From: Candidatus Omnitrophota bacterium
GTDB taxonomy: Bacteria > Ratteibacteria > UBA8468 > MWAK01
Length of the DNA stretch: 64,000 bases
Assembly (NCBI GenBank): GCA_043826355.1
Contig: JBDRQI010000005.1
Location: 32,001-96,000 of the forward strand
Direction: 5' to 3'
The notes under the pieces: model-generated
What the model saw: the letters and a program-made list of their open reading frames with translations, nothing else
Database searches by the model: none
Told to the model about the DNA's origin: nothing
Made by a program: the position numbers and the translations under genes
Shown: positions 38,195-47,305 of the stretch, in pieces
How the letters are laid out: each line of letters starts with the position of its first letter
How positions within the stretch are numbered: the first letter of the stretch is position 1

Positions 38195-38911
38195 TCATTT
38201 TTTCAAAATTGTTGTCAACACCTTTTCCTTGCTGATTTTTTTAGTGCAGAAGAACCAGTCGTAACATTTTATACCTTCTTTTGACTCCATCCGTTCCTTG
38301 GCTACTCCGCAGGAACCTGCCGTGGGCACGATGACATCGTCACCGGGCTGCCAATCGGCCGGAGTTGCAACCGAAAACTCATCGGCTGTCTGGAGAGCCA
38401 ACAGGATGCGGTACAATTCAGCAAAGTTTCTCCCCATGCTTAAAGGATAGTACAGGATGGTCCGGATAATCCCCTTGGGGTCTATAACGAAGACGGCCCG
38501 GACCGCCTTGGTGGAACTTTCCCCGGGCTGAATCATCCCGTATTTCTTGGCAACTTCCATCGTAATGTCTTCAATCAGGGGAAACTTGACTTCCACGTCC
38601 TTCATGCCGCGGTACTCAATCTTTTCCTTGATGGTGCGTAACCAGGCAATGTGGCTGTAAAGACCGTCCACCGACAGGCCGACCAATTTGCAGTTTGCCT
38701 TTAAAAACTGCTCCTCCATTGAAGCGAACGTCATGAACTCAGAAGTGCAGACGGGCGTAAAATCGGCGGGGTGGCTGAAAAGGATAACCCAGCTTCCCGC
38801 ATATTGTTTCGGAAAATCTATTTCGCCCTGCGTTGTAACCGCCTTAAAAGCAGGGGCTTTTTCGCCGATGCGGGGCATTGCAACAAATCCAACCGTATTT
38901 TGATTGTCCAT
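38195..38911 (-). CDS. Peroxiredoxin (Prx6/archaeal-type)
   Basis: FSHPADFTPVCTSE, YPLSMGRN, TPADW, CYDWFFC. Confidence 0.95.
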   Translation of the reverse strand: MDNQNTVGFVAMPRIGEKAPAFKAVTTQGEIDFPKQYAGSWVILFSHPADFTPVCTSEFMTFASMEEQFLKANCKLVGLSVDGLYSHIAWLRTIKEKIEYRGMKDVEVKFPLIEDITMEVAKKYGMIQPGESSTKAVRAVFVIDPKGIIRTILYYPLSMGRNFAELYRILLALQTADEFSVATPADWQPGDDVIVPTAGSCGVAKERMESKEGIKCYDWFFCTKKISKEKVLTTILKK

Positions 38912-38940
38912 CGTTATTCTCCTCCGCTATTCCCTTGATA

Positions 38941-38972
38941 AACAGGGGGCAGCCAAAAGACTGCCCCCTGTT
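38941..38972 (-). terminator. Strong hairpin inside the cluster (terminator, attenuator or stability element)
   Basis: AACAGGGGGCAG-N8-CTGCCCCCTGTT, 12-bp perfect stem, only a short U tract. Confidence 0.5.
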
Positions 38973-38980
38973 CCCGGTAC

Positions 38981-39385
38981 TCACTTCTTTTCCGCTCCCG
39001 CCTTTTCCTCGGCGGCAAGCTTCTCCAGTTCCGCAATGTACCGGTGTATCTCCTTTATCTCCTTTTCCATCGCGGAAACCTGCTCTTTAAGCAATACCGC
39101 TTCATTCTGCGGGCTTAATTCCGGACCCGCCGGAGGCACCGGATAACCTCCCCAGGCCGGAAGACCCATGCCTGCCCGATACCAACCGGGAAGACCGGTT
39201 GCGTAGTAACGGTTGCGCCGTCCTCTGCCTCCGCCGCGGCCAAAAAATCCTCTGCCCCCGCCAAAATAACCCCGGCCGGGGATTGGATTCGCATAGCCGG
39301 GCATTCCGTAGCCGGCGCAGTATCCGGCGCCTCTTCCGGTCATCGGCCCCAGACCATTCGGCCCTGTTCCATCTCCAAACGGCAT
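38981..39385 (-). CDS. DUF5320 family protein
   Basis: MPFGDGTGPNGLGPMTGRGAGYC, RGG-rich middle, C-terminal coiled coil. Confidence 0.85.
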   Translation of the reverse strand: MPFGDGTGPNGLGPMTGRGAGYCAGYGMPGYANPIPGRGYFGGGRGFFGRGGGRGRRNRYYATGLPGWYRAGMGLPAWGGYPVPPAGPELSPQNEAVLLKEQVSAMEKEIKEIHRYIAELEKLAAEEKAGAEKK

Positions 39386-39386
39386 C

Positions 39387-39878
39387 TTATCTCACCCCCT
39401 TTCCGCGGCAATCGTGACATAAACCCAGAAATTGAATCTGGTGTTCGTTAATCTGAAAATTATGCTTTCGGCTCAAGGCTTCTTCAATATTCTTAATCAC
39501 CTTCTTCTCTTCCTCTAAAAATTCCTGATAATCAATAATCCGGCCGCAATTGGTGCAACAAAGATGGTGGTGGTGATTGCCCCCGGAACCAAAAGAGAGT
39601 TCGTAACGACTCTTTCCGTCCCCAAAATCGAGTCGGGAAACCAGGCCCATCTCAACCAGGACTTCCAGGGTCCGGTAAACGGTGGTCAGGCCGATTGAAG
39701 GAAAAGTTTTATGAATATTACGGTAAATCTCTTCAACGGGAAGATGGCCGCCGGTTCGCTGTAAAAACTCCATAATCGCCTGCCTGGGAAAGGTCAGCCG
39801 GTACCCGCAGTTTCGCAACCGGCCATGCCACCAGCCGGGATGGTTCATCCTGCCCGTGAAACCGGCTTTCCGTCCCAT
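39387..39878 (-). CDS. Fur-family transcriptional regulator
   Basis: RLTFPRQAI, TVYRTL, HHHHLCCTNCG, GLCHDC. Confidence 0.93.
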   Translation of the reverse strand: MGRKAGFTGRMNHPGWWHGRLRNCGYRLTFPRQAIMEFLQRTGGHLPVEEIYRNIHKTFPSIGLTTVYRTLEVLVEMGLVSRLDFGDGKSRYELSFGSGGNHHHHLCCTNCGRIIDYQEFLEEEKKVIKNIEEALSRKHNFQINEHQIQFLGLCHDCRGKGVR

Positions 39879-39923
39879 TTTAAACAGACCCTCCCGGATT
39901 TGATCAAATTATGACAACAATTA

Positions 39924-39977
39924 ACTATTGACAATTATTTTCAATAGTATTGTACCCTGAAAATTTCGGGTTGTCAA
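39924..39977 (-). promoter_or_regulatory. Sigma70 promoter with adjacent Fur-box-like operator
   Basis: TTGACA (39977-72), 17 bp, TACAAT (39954-49); palindrome ACTATTGACAATTATTTTCAATAGT at 39924-39948. Confidence 0.75.
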
Positions 39978-40071
39978 GCAAACGCCGCTTGCGGCTGCAG
40001 CTTTTGCTTTTCTCGAAAGGCGGGATAACGCTGCGGGCCAACCCCGGCCGAAATTGACCGCAGGAGCTAAA

Positions 40072-40857
40072 TCAACCGGTCAGCAAGGTTGCAAAAAAAG
40101 TGGCGCCGTCTTTTTCAATCATCTTTGGGGCGATGCCAAAGACCGTTTTCAGATTGTTTTCGGTCAAAACTTCGCGGCCGCCGGCGGCGTAAATACGCCC
40201 TTCGGAAAAGAGGAGTATTTTTTCGGCAAACTGGAAAGCCAGGTTAATATCGTGGCTGGCAAAAAGAATGGTTAAATTACCCCGTTGCGAACTCTTCTTG
40301 AGCAAGCTCAAAATTTCCACCTGGCTCTTGAGGTCAAGGTGAAGGGTTGGTTCATCGCAAAGCAAAATTCCGGGATTTTGATATAGGGCTCGGGCAATGA
40401 TGATCCGCTGTTTTTCTCCGCCGCTCAACCGGCAGAATGGCCGGTGCGCAAAATCGGTTGTGCCGGTTTCCCGCAAGATATCACGGATCGCCCCGGGGTC
40501 GTGTTCGTTCGTCCGGGCGAATCCGCCGCCATGCGCATACCGCCCCATCAGGATTATTTCCAGGCCGGTAAAGGAAGAAGTTGTTTCGCTCTCCTGGGGA
40601 ACAAAACCGATCTTCCGGGCAATCTCCCGCCGGGAAAAGGTTTCCAGGTTCCGGTCCTCAAGCATTATGCTGCCTTTTGGCTTTAACTTCCGGTTAAGGC
40701 ACTTAAGAAAGGTTGTTTTGCCGGTTCCGTTGGGCCCTAAGATCGCGAACCGGTCGCCTTCTTCAATTATCAGGCTCACGCCTTTAAGGACCGGGGCGCT
40801 CTGGTAAGAAAATTCCAATCCGGCTATCTTCAGGACACAGTTATGATTGCGATTCAT
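40072..40857 (-). CDS. Fe-chelate/cobalamin ABC importer ATP-binding protein
   Basis: GPNGTGKTT, FVPQ, LSGGEKQR, DEPTLHLD, SHDINLA. Confidence 0.9.
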   Translation of the reverse strand: MNRNHNCVLKIAGLEFSYQSAPVLKGVSLIIEEGDRFAILGPNGTGKTTFLKCLNRKLKPKGSIMLEDRNLETFSRREIARKIGFVPQESETTSSFTGLEIILMGRYAHGGGFARTNEHDPGAIRDILRETGTTDFAHRPFCRLSGGEKQRIIIARALYQNPGILLCDEPTLHLDLKSQVEILSLLKKSSQRGNLTILFASHDINLAFQFAEKILLFSEGRIYAAGGREVLTENNLKTVFGIAPKMIEKDGATFFATLLTG

Positions 40858-41807
40858 CTTTTGAAGAGCAGATAGAGAAAAAAAGGCACGCCTAAAAGCG
40901 AGGTGAATATCCCCACCGGAATTTCTCCGGTGAATGATATGCAGCGGGAAAGATTATCGGCCCAGAGCAACAGGACGGCGCCGGCCAGCACCGAACCGGG
41001 CAGGAGGAATCGATGGTCGGAACCAAGCCAGATTCGGGCCAAGTGGGGAACCACCAGCCCGATAAAACCGATGGTGCCGCTCACCGAAACAGCGGCCGCG
41101 ACAAGCAGTGAAGCCGAAACCAGAACTATCTTCTTCACCCGGGATACTTCCACACCCAGGTCCAGGGCGGTCTCTTCACCGGTTGAAACAACATTCAAAT
41201 CCACCGGGAAGAAAAAAATGGCAAAAAGGGCGGGAATTATCCAGGCGGATGCGTAGATTACTTTTCGCCATTCGGCCGTCCAGAATCCGCCCATGAGCCA
41301 GAAGACGATCTGATGCAGTTTTTCGCCTGAAATAAAGATGAGCAGGGAGACCAGCGCCGAAAAAAAAGCGCCGGCGGCGATGCCCAACAAAATCAATCCC
41401 TGTCCGGAGGCATGGCTGCTTTTTTCGGCAAAAAAATAGAGCAGGAAAGTGGTTGCCAAGCCGAAGGCAAACGCGCCGGGAATCACCGGTAGTCCAAACA
41501 ACATGGCCAGGCAGGCGCCAAACGCCGAAGCAGATGAAATTCCCAGAATATAAGGACTGGCCAGCGGATTCCGGAACAGGGCCTGCAGGCCCATGCCGGA
41601 AGCGGCCAGGGCCGAACCAACCAGAGATGCTAGAACCAGGCGCGGCAGTCTTATCAAAAATAAGATCTCCCGTTCCCCGGCGGCATCCCGCCAGCTGACC
41701 GGACCCAGAAAAAAAGACCCGGCCAGGGAAAGAAGAAGAAAAACACCCAAACCGGCAATCTTTAATCTCTTAACTTTTAAGTCCGCCTGATATCGTTTCA
41801 GGGCCAT
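40854..41807 (-). CDS. FecCD/BtuC-family permease
   Basis: IRLPR, FRNPLASPYILG, GEETALDLGV, IGFIGLVVPH. Confidence 0.93.
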   Translation of the reverse strand: MALKRYQADLKVKRLKIAGLGVFLLLSLAGSFFLGPVSWRDAAGEREILFLIRLPRLVLASLVGSALAASGMGLQALFRNPLASPYILGISSASAFGACLAMLFGLPVIPGAFAFGLATTFLLYFFAEKSSHASGQGLILLGIAAGAFFSALVSLLIFISGEKLHQIVFWLMGGFWTAEWRKVIYASAWIIPALFAIFFFPVDLNVVSTGEETALDLGVEVSRVKKIVLVSASLLVAAAVSVSGTIGFIGLVVPHLARIWLGSDHRFLLPGSVLAGAVLLLWADNLSRCISFTGEIPVGIFTSLLGVPFFLYLLFKR

Positions 41808-42517
41808 ACGATTTTGCTTTGAAAGCGATTATCGGATTTGGCAGGCGAAAAGAGCCTTTCCTTGTCAATAAAAGAACAGGTTACCCGATTCAAATGATTG
41901 CGCGCCGCCGCCACGGCCTCTTCCAATTCCTCGCGGGCGGGCGCCCGCCAAGGCCTGCCCGGAACCGGGAAATATCCCTGAACGTGAAAAGGTATGTTCC
42001 GGTCAAGACCGGCCAAAAACTTCGCCGCCGATTCAATTTCGTCCAGGTCTACCAGACCCGGTATCAAAATCATGTTTGCCTTTATCCGGATGCCTTCTTG
42101 AAAAGCGCGGACCAGGTTATCGAAAACTCTTTTCCGGGAAACCCCGGTAACCCGCATGTGGGTCTCTTCTGAAAATGCCTTGAGCCCGATGTTGGCCGCA
42201 TCCAGGTTATCAAGGGGCAAAAGAGAACCGTTGGTGTGCCCCAGCACGGTTTCAACCCCCAGGGTATCTTTGCAGAAAGAGAGCAGTTCGGGTAGTTCCC
42301 GATCAACGGTAGGTTCGCCGCCCAGAAAATGGACCCGGCTGGTTCTATCCCGGTATTCCAGGAGTATTTTTTGAACCTCTGCCCGTGATAAAAATTTCTC
42401 CGGAGCCGACGGCGTCTTCACCTGATAGACGCAGGTAAGGCAACGGAAATTACAACCCCGGTTATAAACGCAAATCCGGCGGAACTGTTCAGAATAAGTA
42501 ATCTTATGGAATGGCAT
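41798..42517 (-). CDS. Radical SAM protein (activase-like)
   Basis: GCNFRCLTC, FLGGEPT, HTNG. Confidence 0.88.
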   Translation of the reverse strand: MPFHKITYSEQFRRICVYNRGCNFRCLTCVYQVKTPSAPEKFLSRAEVQKILLEYRDRTSRVHFLGGEPTVDRELPELLSFCKDTLGVETVLGHTNGSLLPLDNLDAANIGLKAFSEETHMRVTGVSRKRVFDNLVRAFQEGIRIKANMILIPGLVDLDEIESAAKFLAGLDRNIPFHVQGYFPVPGRPWRAPAREELEEAVAAARNHLNRVTCSFIDKERLFSPAKSDNRFQSKIVWP

Positions 42518-43409
42518 CCTGACTCCAATCGGAAATTATCCGGCTGATTAATTCAACGCCTTCAACGGCTTTCGGCCCCGGGGTAATCAGTTCGTTGGGA
42601 ATTCTGAATACCTTTCCGTTGCGCACGGCTTTAATGCCGGTCCAGCCGGGCCGGCCGATGATATCTTCCCTACTCCCGCTTACCCCGGTGAAAATAATAA
42701 TGTCCGGGTCCGATTTAATAATCTGCTCCGCGGAAATCAGGGGGTAGTCCATTTTAAAAAGAGCGCCCAGATTGCGGCCTCCGGAAATTTTAATAATCTG
42801 ATCCGTGAAAGTACCCGGGCCCGCCGTTTTGAACGGGGTGTTAAGTTCAAAATAGACCAGGGGCGTCTGTCCGGTCGAAGATACCCGTATCCCGTCCAAC
42901 CGGTCCTTCAATTCTTCCACCAGCCGTCGAGCCCGGTATTCGCAACCCAGAAAACGGCCGAGCCGCTCCGCAAGCAAAAAAACATCCTCAATCTTTTGGG
43001 GATGGTAGGTCAGGTGATTTATGCCGAACCTTTGCAGACTTTCAATCAATTGTTCCTGATACCACCAGACAATCACCAGGTCCGGATCCAGATGAAGTAT
43101 CTTTTCCAGTGAGAACACCGCGTTTTGGGAGATAACCTCTTTGTTGTGAAACTCCGGCGCGGTTTCCCGGCTGTACCGGTCAATCCCGACCACGGATTTT
43201 TCGGCACCGAGCAAATGCAGGATCTGGGAAGAAGGCAAAGTAAGACTGACTATCCACGCAGAACACGCTTCGGAAAAAATGGTTTTTCCCCCGGTCCGGC
43301 CGGATCGCGGAGTTTCGCTCCGGCGGTAATGCGCGACCAGCAAAAACGCGGTTAAGGCAATCGCCGCTCCAACCAGAAAAACGCTTTTTTTGATCAGTAT
43401 TCGGGACAT
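42504..43409 (-). CDS. BtuF/FecB-type helical-backbone substrate-binding protein
   Basis: N-terminal anchor; [33 protein letters not shown]. Confidence 0.85.
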   Translation of the reverse strand: MSRILIKKSVFLVGAAIALTAFLLVAHYRRSETPRSGRTGGKTIFSEACSAWIVSLTLPSSQILHLLGAEKSVVGIDRYSRETAPEFHNKEVISQNAVFSLEKILHLDPDLVIVWWYQEQLIESLQRFGINHLTYHPQKIEDVFLLAERLGRFLGCEYRARRLVEELKDRLDGIRVSSTGQTPLVYFELNTPFKTAGPGTFTDQIIKISGGRNLGALFKMDYPLISAEQIIKSDPDIIIFTGVSGSREDIIGRPGWTGIKAVRNGKVFRIPNELITPGPKAVEGVELISRIISDWSQDAIP

Positions 43410-44011
43410 AGTTCCCAATCAAGCCTTTCCGTTTTGGCAAACCAGCTTACGCCTCCGTCATAGCGCAGGCCGTTAAAGCCCCCGAGGTGCCGATAACCGA
43501 CCCAGGGCACCGGTTCTGAAAATGTGGAACCACTTCCGACATAGTAGGGGGTTCCGGTGGTGTGAATACCGACATCGGCAACAACGATAACCTGGGAATT
43601 GCACACATTGGCGTCCGGCACCGAATACCAGAAACAGCGGGTGTTGTCTCCGGAAAAGTTGTAGGTATTCATTCCATAGGAGAGCGTTATATCAGGATCG
43701 TGCTGGGAGAGGATGGGAGGTATCTGGGACGGGCAATGGTAGACCGCGTAAGTCTGGAGATAGGGTTTAATGTTGTGCATCCAATATATTCCGGAAGCGA
43801 CGTAGATGCGCGTATTCCAGCCCTCATAATCCATCCGGTACATTGCCAGGGCAAGGCCTATCTGTTTCAGGTTGTTTATGCACGAAACCTGCCTCGCCTT
43901 TTCCCTTGCCCGGCTGAGCGCCGGCAGGAGCAGTGAAGCCAGAATGGCGATAATCGCGATAACTACCAGCAGTTCAATCAGGGTAAATCCGGTCTTCCTG
44001 CCTGCGCTCAA
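43394..44011 (-). CDS. DUF1559 prepilin-type N-methylation protein with H-X9-DG motif
   Basis: [63 protein letters not shown] before TTG. Confidence 0.92.
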   Translation of the reverse strand: MSAGRKTGFTLIELLVVIAIIAILASLLLPALSRAREKARQVSCINNLKQIGLALAMYRMDYEGWNTRIYVASGIYWMHNIKPYLQTYAVYHCPSQIPPILSQHDPDITLSYGMNTYNFSGDNTRCFWYSVPDANVCNSQVIVVADVGIHTTGTPYYVGSGSTFSEPVPWVGYRHLGGFNGLRYDGGVSWFAKTERLDWELCPEY

Positions 44012-44063
44012 ACCTGTCTCCTTAAATTTTAAGCGTTTCCGGAATAAAAATTTTTGTATTACT

Positions 44064-44093
44064 ATTATAAAATACGTGCTACGAATTTGTCAA
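44064..44093 (-). promoter_or_regulatory. Sigma70 promoter of the DUF1559-ABC operon
   Basis: TTGACA (44093-88), 18 bp, TATAAT (44069-64). Confidence 0.7.
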
Positions 44094-44152
44094 AGCAGTC
44101 AGCGCTCCGCAAAAAACAGCTCTGTTGGCTGGCAGCGCGGGGAAATTTATTT

Positions 44153-44204
44153 TTGACAGAAACGAAAAAGGAATGTTAATATAAATAGAAATGGTTTCTA
44201 TTTA
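44153..44204 (+). promoter_or_regulatory. zur-znu promoter with Zur-box-like palindrome
   Basis: TTGACA 44153-58, TGnTAATAT 44174-82, perfect TAAATAGAAA-TGG-TTTCTATTTA at 44182-44204. Confidence 0.78.
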
Positions 44205-44218
44205 AAAATGGGGGGACG

Positions 44219-44641
44219 GTGAAAGAATACCGGAAAAAATTGAAAAAGAACGGCTTTAAGATTACGCCCAAGAGAGAAGCGATTATCGCTTTCTTTTCCC
44301 GGAAAAACCGTTACGCCACTCCGGAAACGGTCTGGAAAGAAGTTAAGAAATCTCTGCCGCAACTGGGCCTGCCGACCGTGTACCGCAACTTGGAGCAGAT
44401 GCGTAAAATCGGCATCCTGACACAGGTTGAAGGAACGGAAAACCGTTTCTATTTCGGACTCTGCCGAGCCGAAAACCCGGGCGAGCATCATCACCATATT
44501 AGTTGCCAAAAATGTCACCGGGTCAGCGAAGTGGAAAGTTGTTATTTGGAATCGTTAAGAAAGGAAATAAAGAAAAAAACCGGTTTTCTGATTACCAATC
44601 ATAAACTTCAATTGACCGGCGTCTGCCGGAATTGCCAGTAA
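44219..44641 (+). CDS. zur: Fur-family regulator, probably Zur
   Basis: KITPKRE, TVYRNL, HHHHISCQKC, GVCRNC; first gene of a znuACB-like operon. Confidence 0.8.
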   Translation: MKEYRKKLKKNGFKITPKREAIIAFFSRKNRYATPETVWKEVKKSLPQLGLPTVYRNLEQMRKIGILTQVEGTENRFYFGLCRAENPGEHHHHISCQKCHRVSEVESCYLESLRKEIKKKTGFLITNHKLQLTGVCRNCQ

Positions 44642-44656
44642 AAAAAGGGGCTGCTG

Positions 44657-45583
44657 ATGAAAACAGGATGGCGGATAATTTTTTTAGTGGTGCTGGTCAT
44701 CGCCGGGGTCTGGTTGCTTATGACTTTCGTACCGAGAAAATCACAACCAGCCAAAACGGCGCCCGGCGGAGATAGATTAAAAGTAATCGCGACCATCTTC
44801 CCGCTGGCCGACATCGCCAAACAGGTCGGCGGCGAAAGGGTAAACGTAATCACCATCCTGCCAATCGGAGCCAGTCCTCATACTTTCGAACCCGCCCCGC
44901 AACAAATGAAAGAATTGTCCGATTCCAAACTTTTTTTGAAAGTAGGCGCGGGGCTTGACTTCTGGGCTGACAATATTATTAAATCGGCGAGTCAGCCGGA
45001 TTTAAAAACCGTAGTCGCTTCCGAAGGCATTCATCTTATTGAGGGTGACGAGCACGGGCACGAACACGAAAACGGCAATCCACATATCTGGCTTGACCCG
45101 GTTCTGGTAAAAAGAATTGTAGATAAAATTGAAAAATCCCTGGTAATTCTTGACCCGGAGGGGGCAATTTACTATCAAAAAATGGCAACGGATTATCTTC
45201 AGGAACTTGACCGGCTGGATGCAGAAATCAAAAAGAAGGTAGCCGGATTCAGGGTCAGGAAATATATTACTTTTCACCCGGCCTGGGCCTACTTCGGATT
45301 GCGTTACGGGATTAAAGAAGCCGGCGTAATTGAAGAAACCCCTGGTCGGGAACCTACCCCAAGACAGGTTAAAGCAATCATTGACAACATCAGGAAATCA
45401 GGCATAAAAGCGGTCTTCGCCGAACCTCAATTCTCTTCAAGAACCGCCGAAGCGATTGCCGAAAATACCGGAGCGAAAGTTCTCTTCCTGGACCCGATAG
45501 GCAACCCGGAAGTTCCGGACCGAAATACCTACCTGAACTTGATGCGGTATAATTTAAAAGTAATGAAAGAAGCGATGGAATGA
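44657..45583 (+). CDS. znuA: Zn/Mn ABC transporter substrate-binding protein
   Basis: SPHTFEP, His-rich loop, NPHIWLDP, FHPAWAYF. Confidence 0.88.
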   Translation: MKTGWRIIFLVVLVIAGVWLLMTFVPRKSQPAKTAPGGDRLKVIATIFPLADIAKQVGGERVNVITILPIGASPHTFEPAPQQMKELSDSKLFLKVGAGLDFWADNIIKSASQPDLKTVVASEGIHLIEGDEHGHEHENGNPHIWLDPVLVKRIVDKIEKSLVILDPEGAIYYQKMATDYLQELDRLDAEIKKKVAGFRVRKYITFHPAWAYFGLRYGIKEAGVIEETPGREPTPRQVKAIIDNIRKSGIKAVFAEPQFSSRTAEAIAENTGAKVLFLDPIGNPEVPDRNTYLNLMRYNLKVMKEAME

Positions 45584-45591
45584 GAACGGAC

Positions 45592-45655
45592 GAGATTGCC
45601 GCGCCCTGAATACAGACAGGCGGGACGCCTGTTCTACTGAAGGGCTCGCAATGAC
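45592..45655. repeat. GAGATTGCC...CTCGCAATGAC repeat with nested ACAGGCGGGACGCCTGT hairpin
   Basis: Similar to 4545-4610 and 3780-3836. Confidence 0.75.
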
Positions 45656-45664
45656 GGAGTAAAG

Positions 45665-46447
45665 ATGGAAAATATCCTGCAAATCAAGGACCTGCGGGTA
45701 GTTCTTAACGGTAATCTTGTTTTGGACGGAATCAGCCTTAAGATGGAAGAAGCCACTTTTCTGTCACTGATCGGTCCCAACGGCGGCGGTAAGACAACTC
45801 TCCTTAAAGCCATTTTAGGATTAGTCCAACCTCTTTCCGGCAAAATCAGGGTCTTCGGGTTAAAACCCTCCCAGGTTAATAAAAAGATGGCCGGGATAAT
45901 CGGTTACGTTTCCCAGTCGCCTCTGTTTGACCCGGATTTTCCGGTATCCGCCTTTGACGTGGTTTTAATGGGTAACTACCGGAAGATCGGCCTGGGTCAC
46001 CGGGCAAATAAGACCGACCGAAAAAGAGCGTTGGAAAGTTTAGAACTGGTGGGAATGGAGTCGCTGGCCAACCGGCCCATCGGCCAGATGTCAGGCGGCC
46101 AGCAACAGCGCGTCTTTATCGCCCGCAGTCTTATCACCCGGCCCAAACTTCTGATTCTGGATGAGCCGACTACCGGAGTAGATGCCCTTTCCCAGGACCA
46201 GTTTTACCGACTGCTTAAGGAATTGCAAATAAAACTTTCCCTGTCCGTAATCCTGGTTTCTCACGATATCGGGCTGGTACCCAATTACTGCGACCAGGTT
46301 GCCTGTCTTAACCAACGCCTTTTTTTACACGGGAAACCGGCGGAAGTGCTTCACAGCGAGGCTTTACGCGAAGCTTACGGCTGTGAGGTTGACTTCCTCT
46401 TTCACGGAAAGATGCCGCACCGGGTAGTTGACCAACACGATGAGTGA
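45665..46447 (+). CDS. znuC: Zn/Mn ABC transporter ATP-binding protein
   Basis: [30 protein letters not shown]. Confidence 0.88.
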   Translation: MENILQIKDLRVVLNGNLVLDGISLKMEEATFLSLIGPNGGGKTTLLKAILGLVQPLSGKIRVFGLKPSQVNKKMAGIIGYVSQSPLFDPDFPVSAFDVVLMGNYRKIGLGHRANKTDRKRALESLELVGMESLANRPIGQMSGGQQQRVFIARSLITRPKLLILDEPTTGVDALSQDQFYRLLKELQIKLSLSVILVSHDIGLVPNYCDQVACLNQRLFLHGKPAEVLHSEALREAYGCEVDFLFHGKMPHRVVDQHDE

Positions 46448-47231
46448 AATCCTTTCTTACGGGTTTATGCAGCGGGCTATCCTGGCCGGCGTCATAGTCG
46501 GCCTCCTCTGTTCCGTCCTCTCCTTATTTGTCGTGCTGAAGCGCCTCTCGTTCATCGGTGTCGGTATCTCTCATTCCGCCTTTGGCGGCGTAGCGCTCGG
46601 TTTTCTGCTGGGCATTGAACCGACCTGGACCGCCGCAATCTTCTGTATTTTAATCGCCCTTTTAATCGGATTGGTCAAACAACGGGGGAAAATTCAGGAA
46701 GATACCACCATCGGCATATTTTTTGCGGCCACGATGGCTTTCGGAATACTCCTGGTGGGTTTGAGCAAACGCTACAATATGGACCTCTTCGGGTACCTTT
46801 TCGGCAATATCCTGGCAATCAGCGCTTCGGATGTAAAAATGGTCGTTGCGGTAAGTATCGTTGTCCTGTCCGTAATCGCTGTCTTTTTCAAGGAGTTGTT
46901 ATTTTACAGTTTTGATGAAGCGATGGCAAAAGTTTCCGGCATTCCGACCGGATTTCTGAACTACCTGCTCCTGACGCTTCTGGCGCTGGTCACTGTGGTC
47001 TCAATCAAGGTGGTCGGCATTGTACTTGTCTCCGCGCTTCTGGTAATTCCGGGCGCTGCCGGCCGGCAGATTTCTTCCAACTACCGCGGCATGCTGGCGA
47101 TAGCGATTTTGGCAGGTTTGCTTGCAGTATCCGGCGGCCTGATTCTTTCTTACTTTCTTAATATACCTTCCGGTTCCACCATCGTACTTCTGGCAACCCT
47201 ATTCTTTTTCCTCTCTCTTCTAAAAAGATAA
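46440..47231 (+). CDS. znuB: Zn/Mn ABC transporter permease
   Basis: FMQRA, SHSAFGG, YLFGNIL, VVGIVLV. Confidence 0.88.
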   Translation: MSEILSYGFMQRAILAGVIVGLLCSVLSLFVVLKRLSFIGVGISHSAFGGVALGFLLGIEPTWTAAIFCILIALLIGLVKQRGKIQEDTTIGIFFAATMAFGILLVGLSKRYNMDLFGYLFGNILAISASDVKMVVAVSIVVLSVIAVFFKELLFYSFDEAMAKVSGIPTGFLNYLLLTLLALVTVVSIKVVGIVLVSALLVIPGAAGRQISSNYRGMLAIAILAGLLAVSGGLILSYFLNIPSGSTIVLLATLFFFLSLLKR

Positions 47232-47305
47232 AACCGCGGGCGGGGATGTAACCCCGCCCCTACAATTTATTGATGTAAATTTACTTAATACATTTGGAGC
47301 GAAAA

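Noticed and set aside
44012..44064. Cobalamin riboswitch upstream of the Btu-like operon
   Set aside because: The leader is only about 45 nt and lacks B12-box motifs
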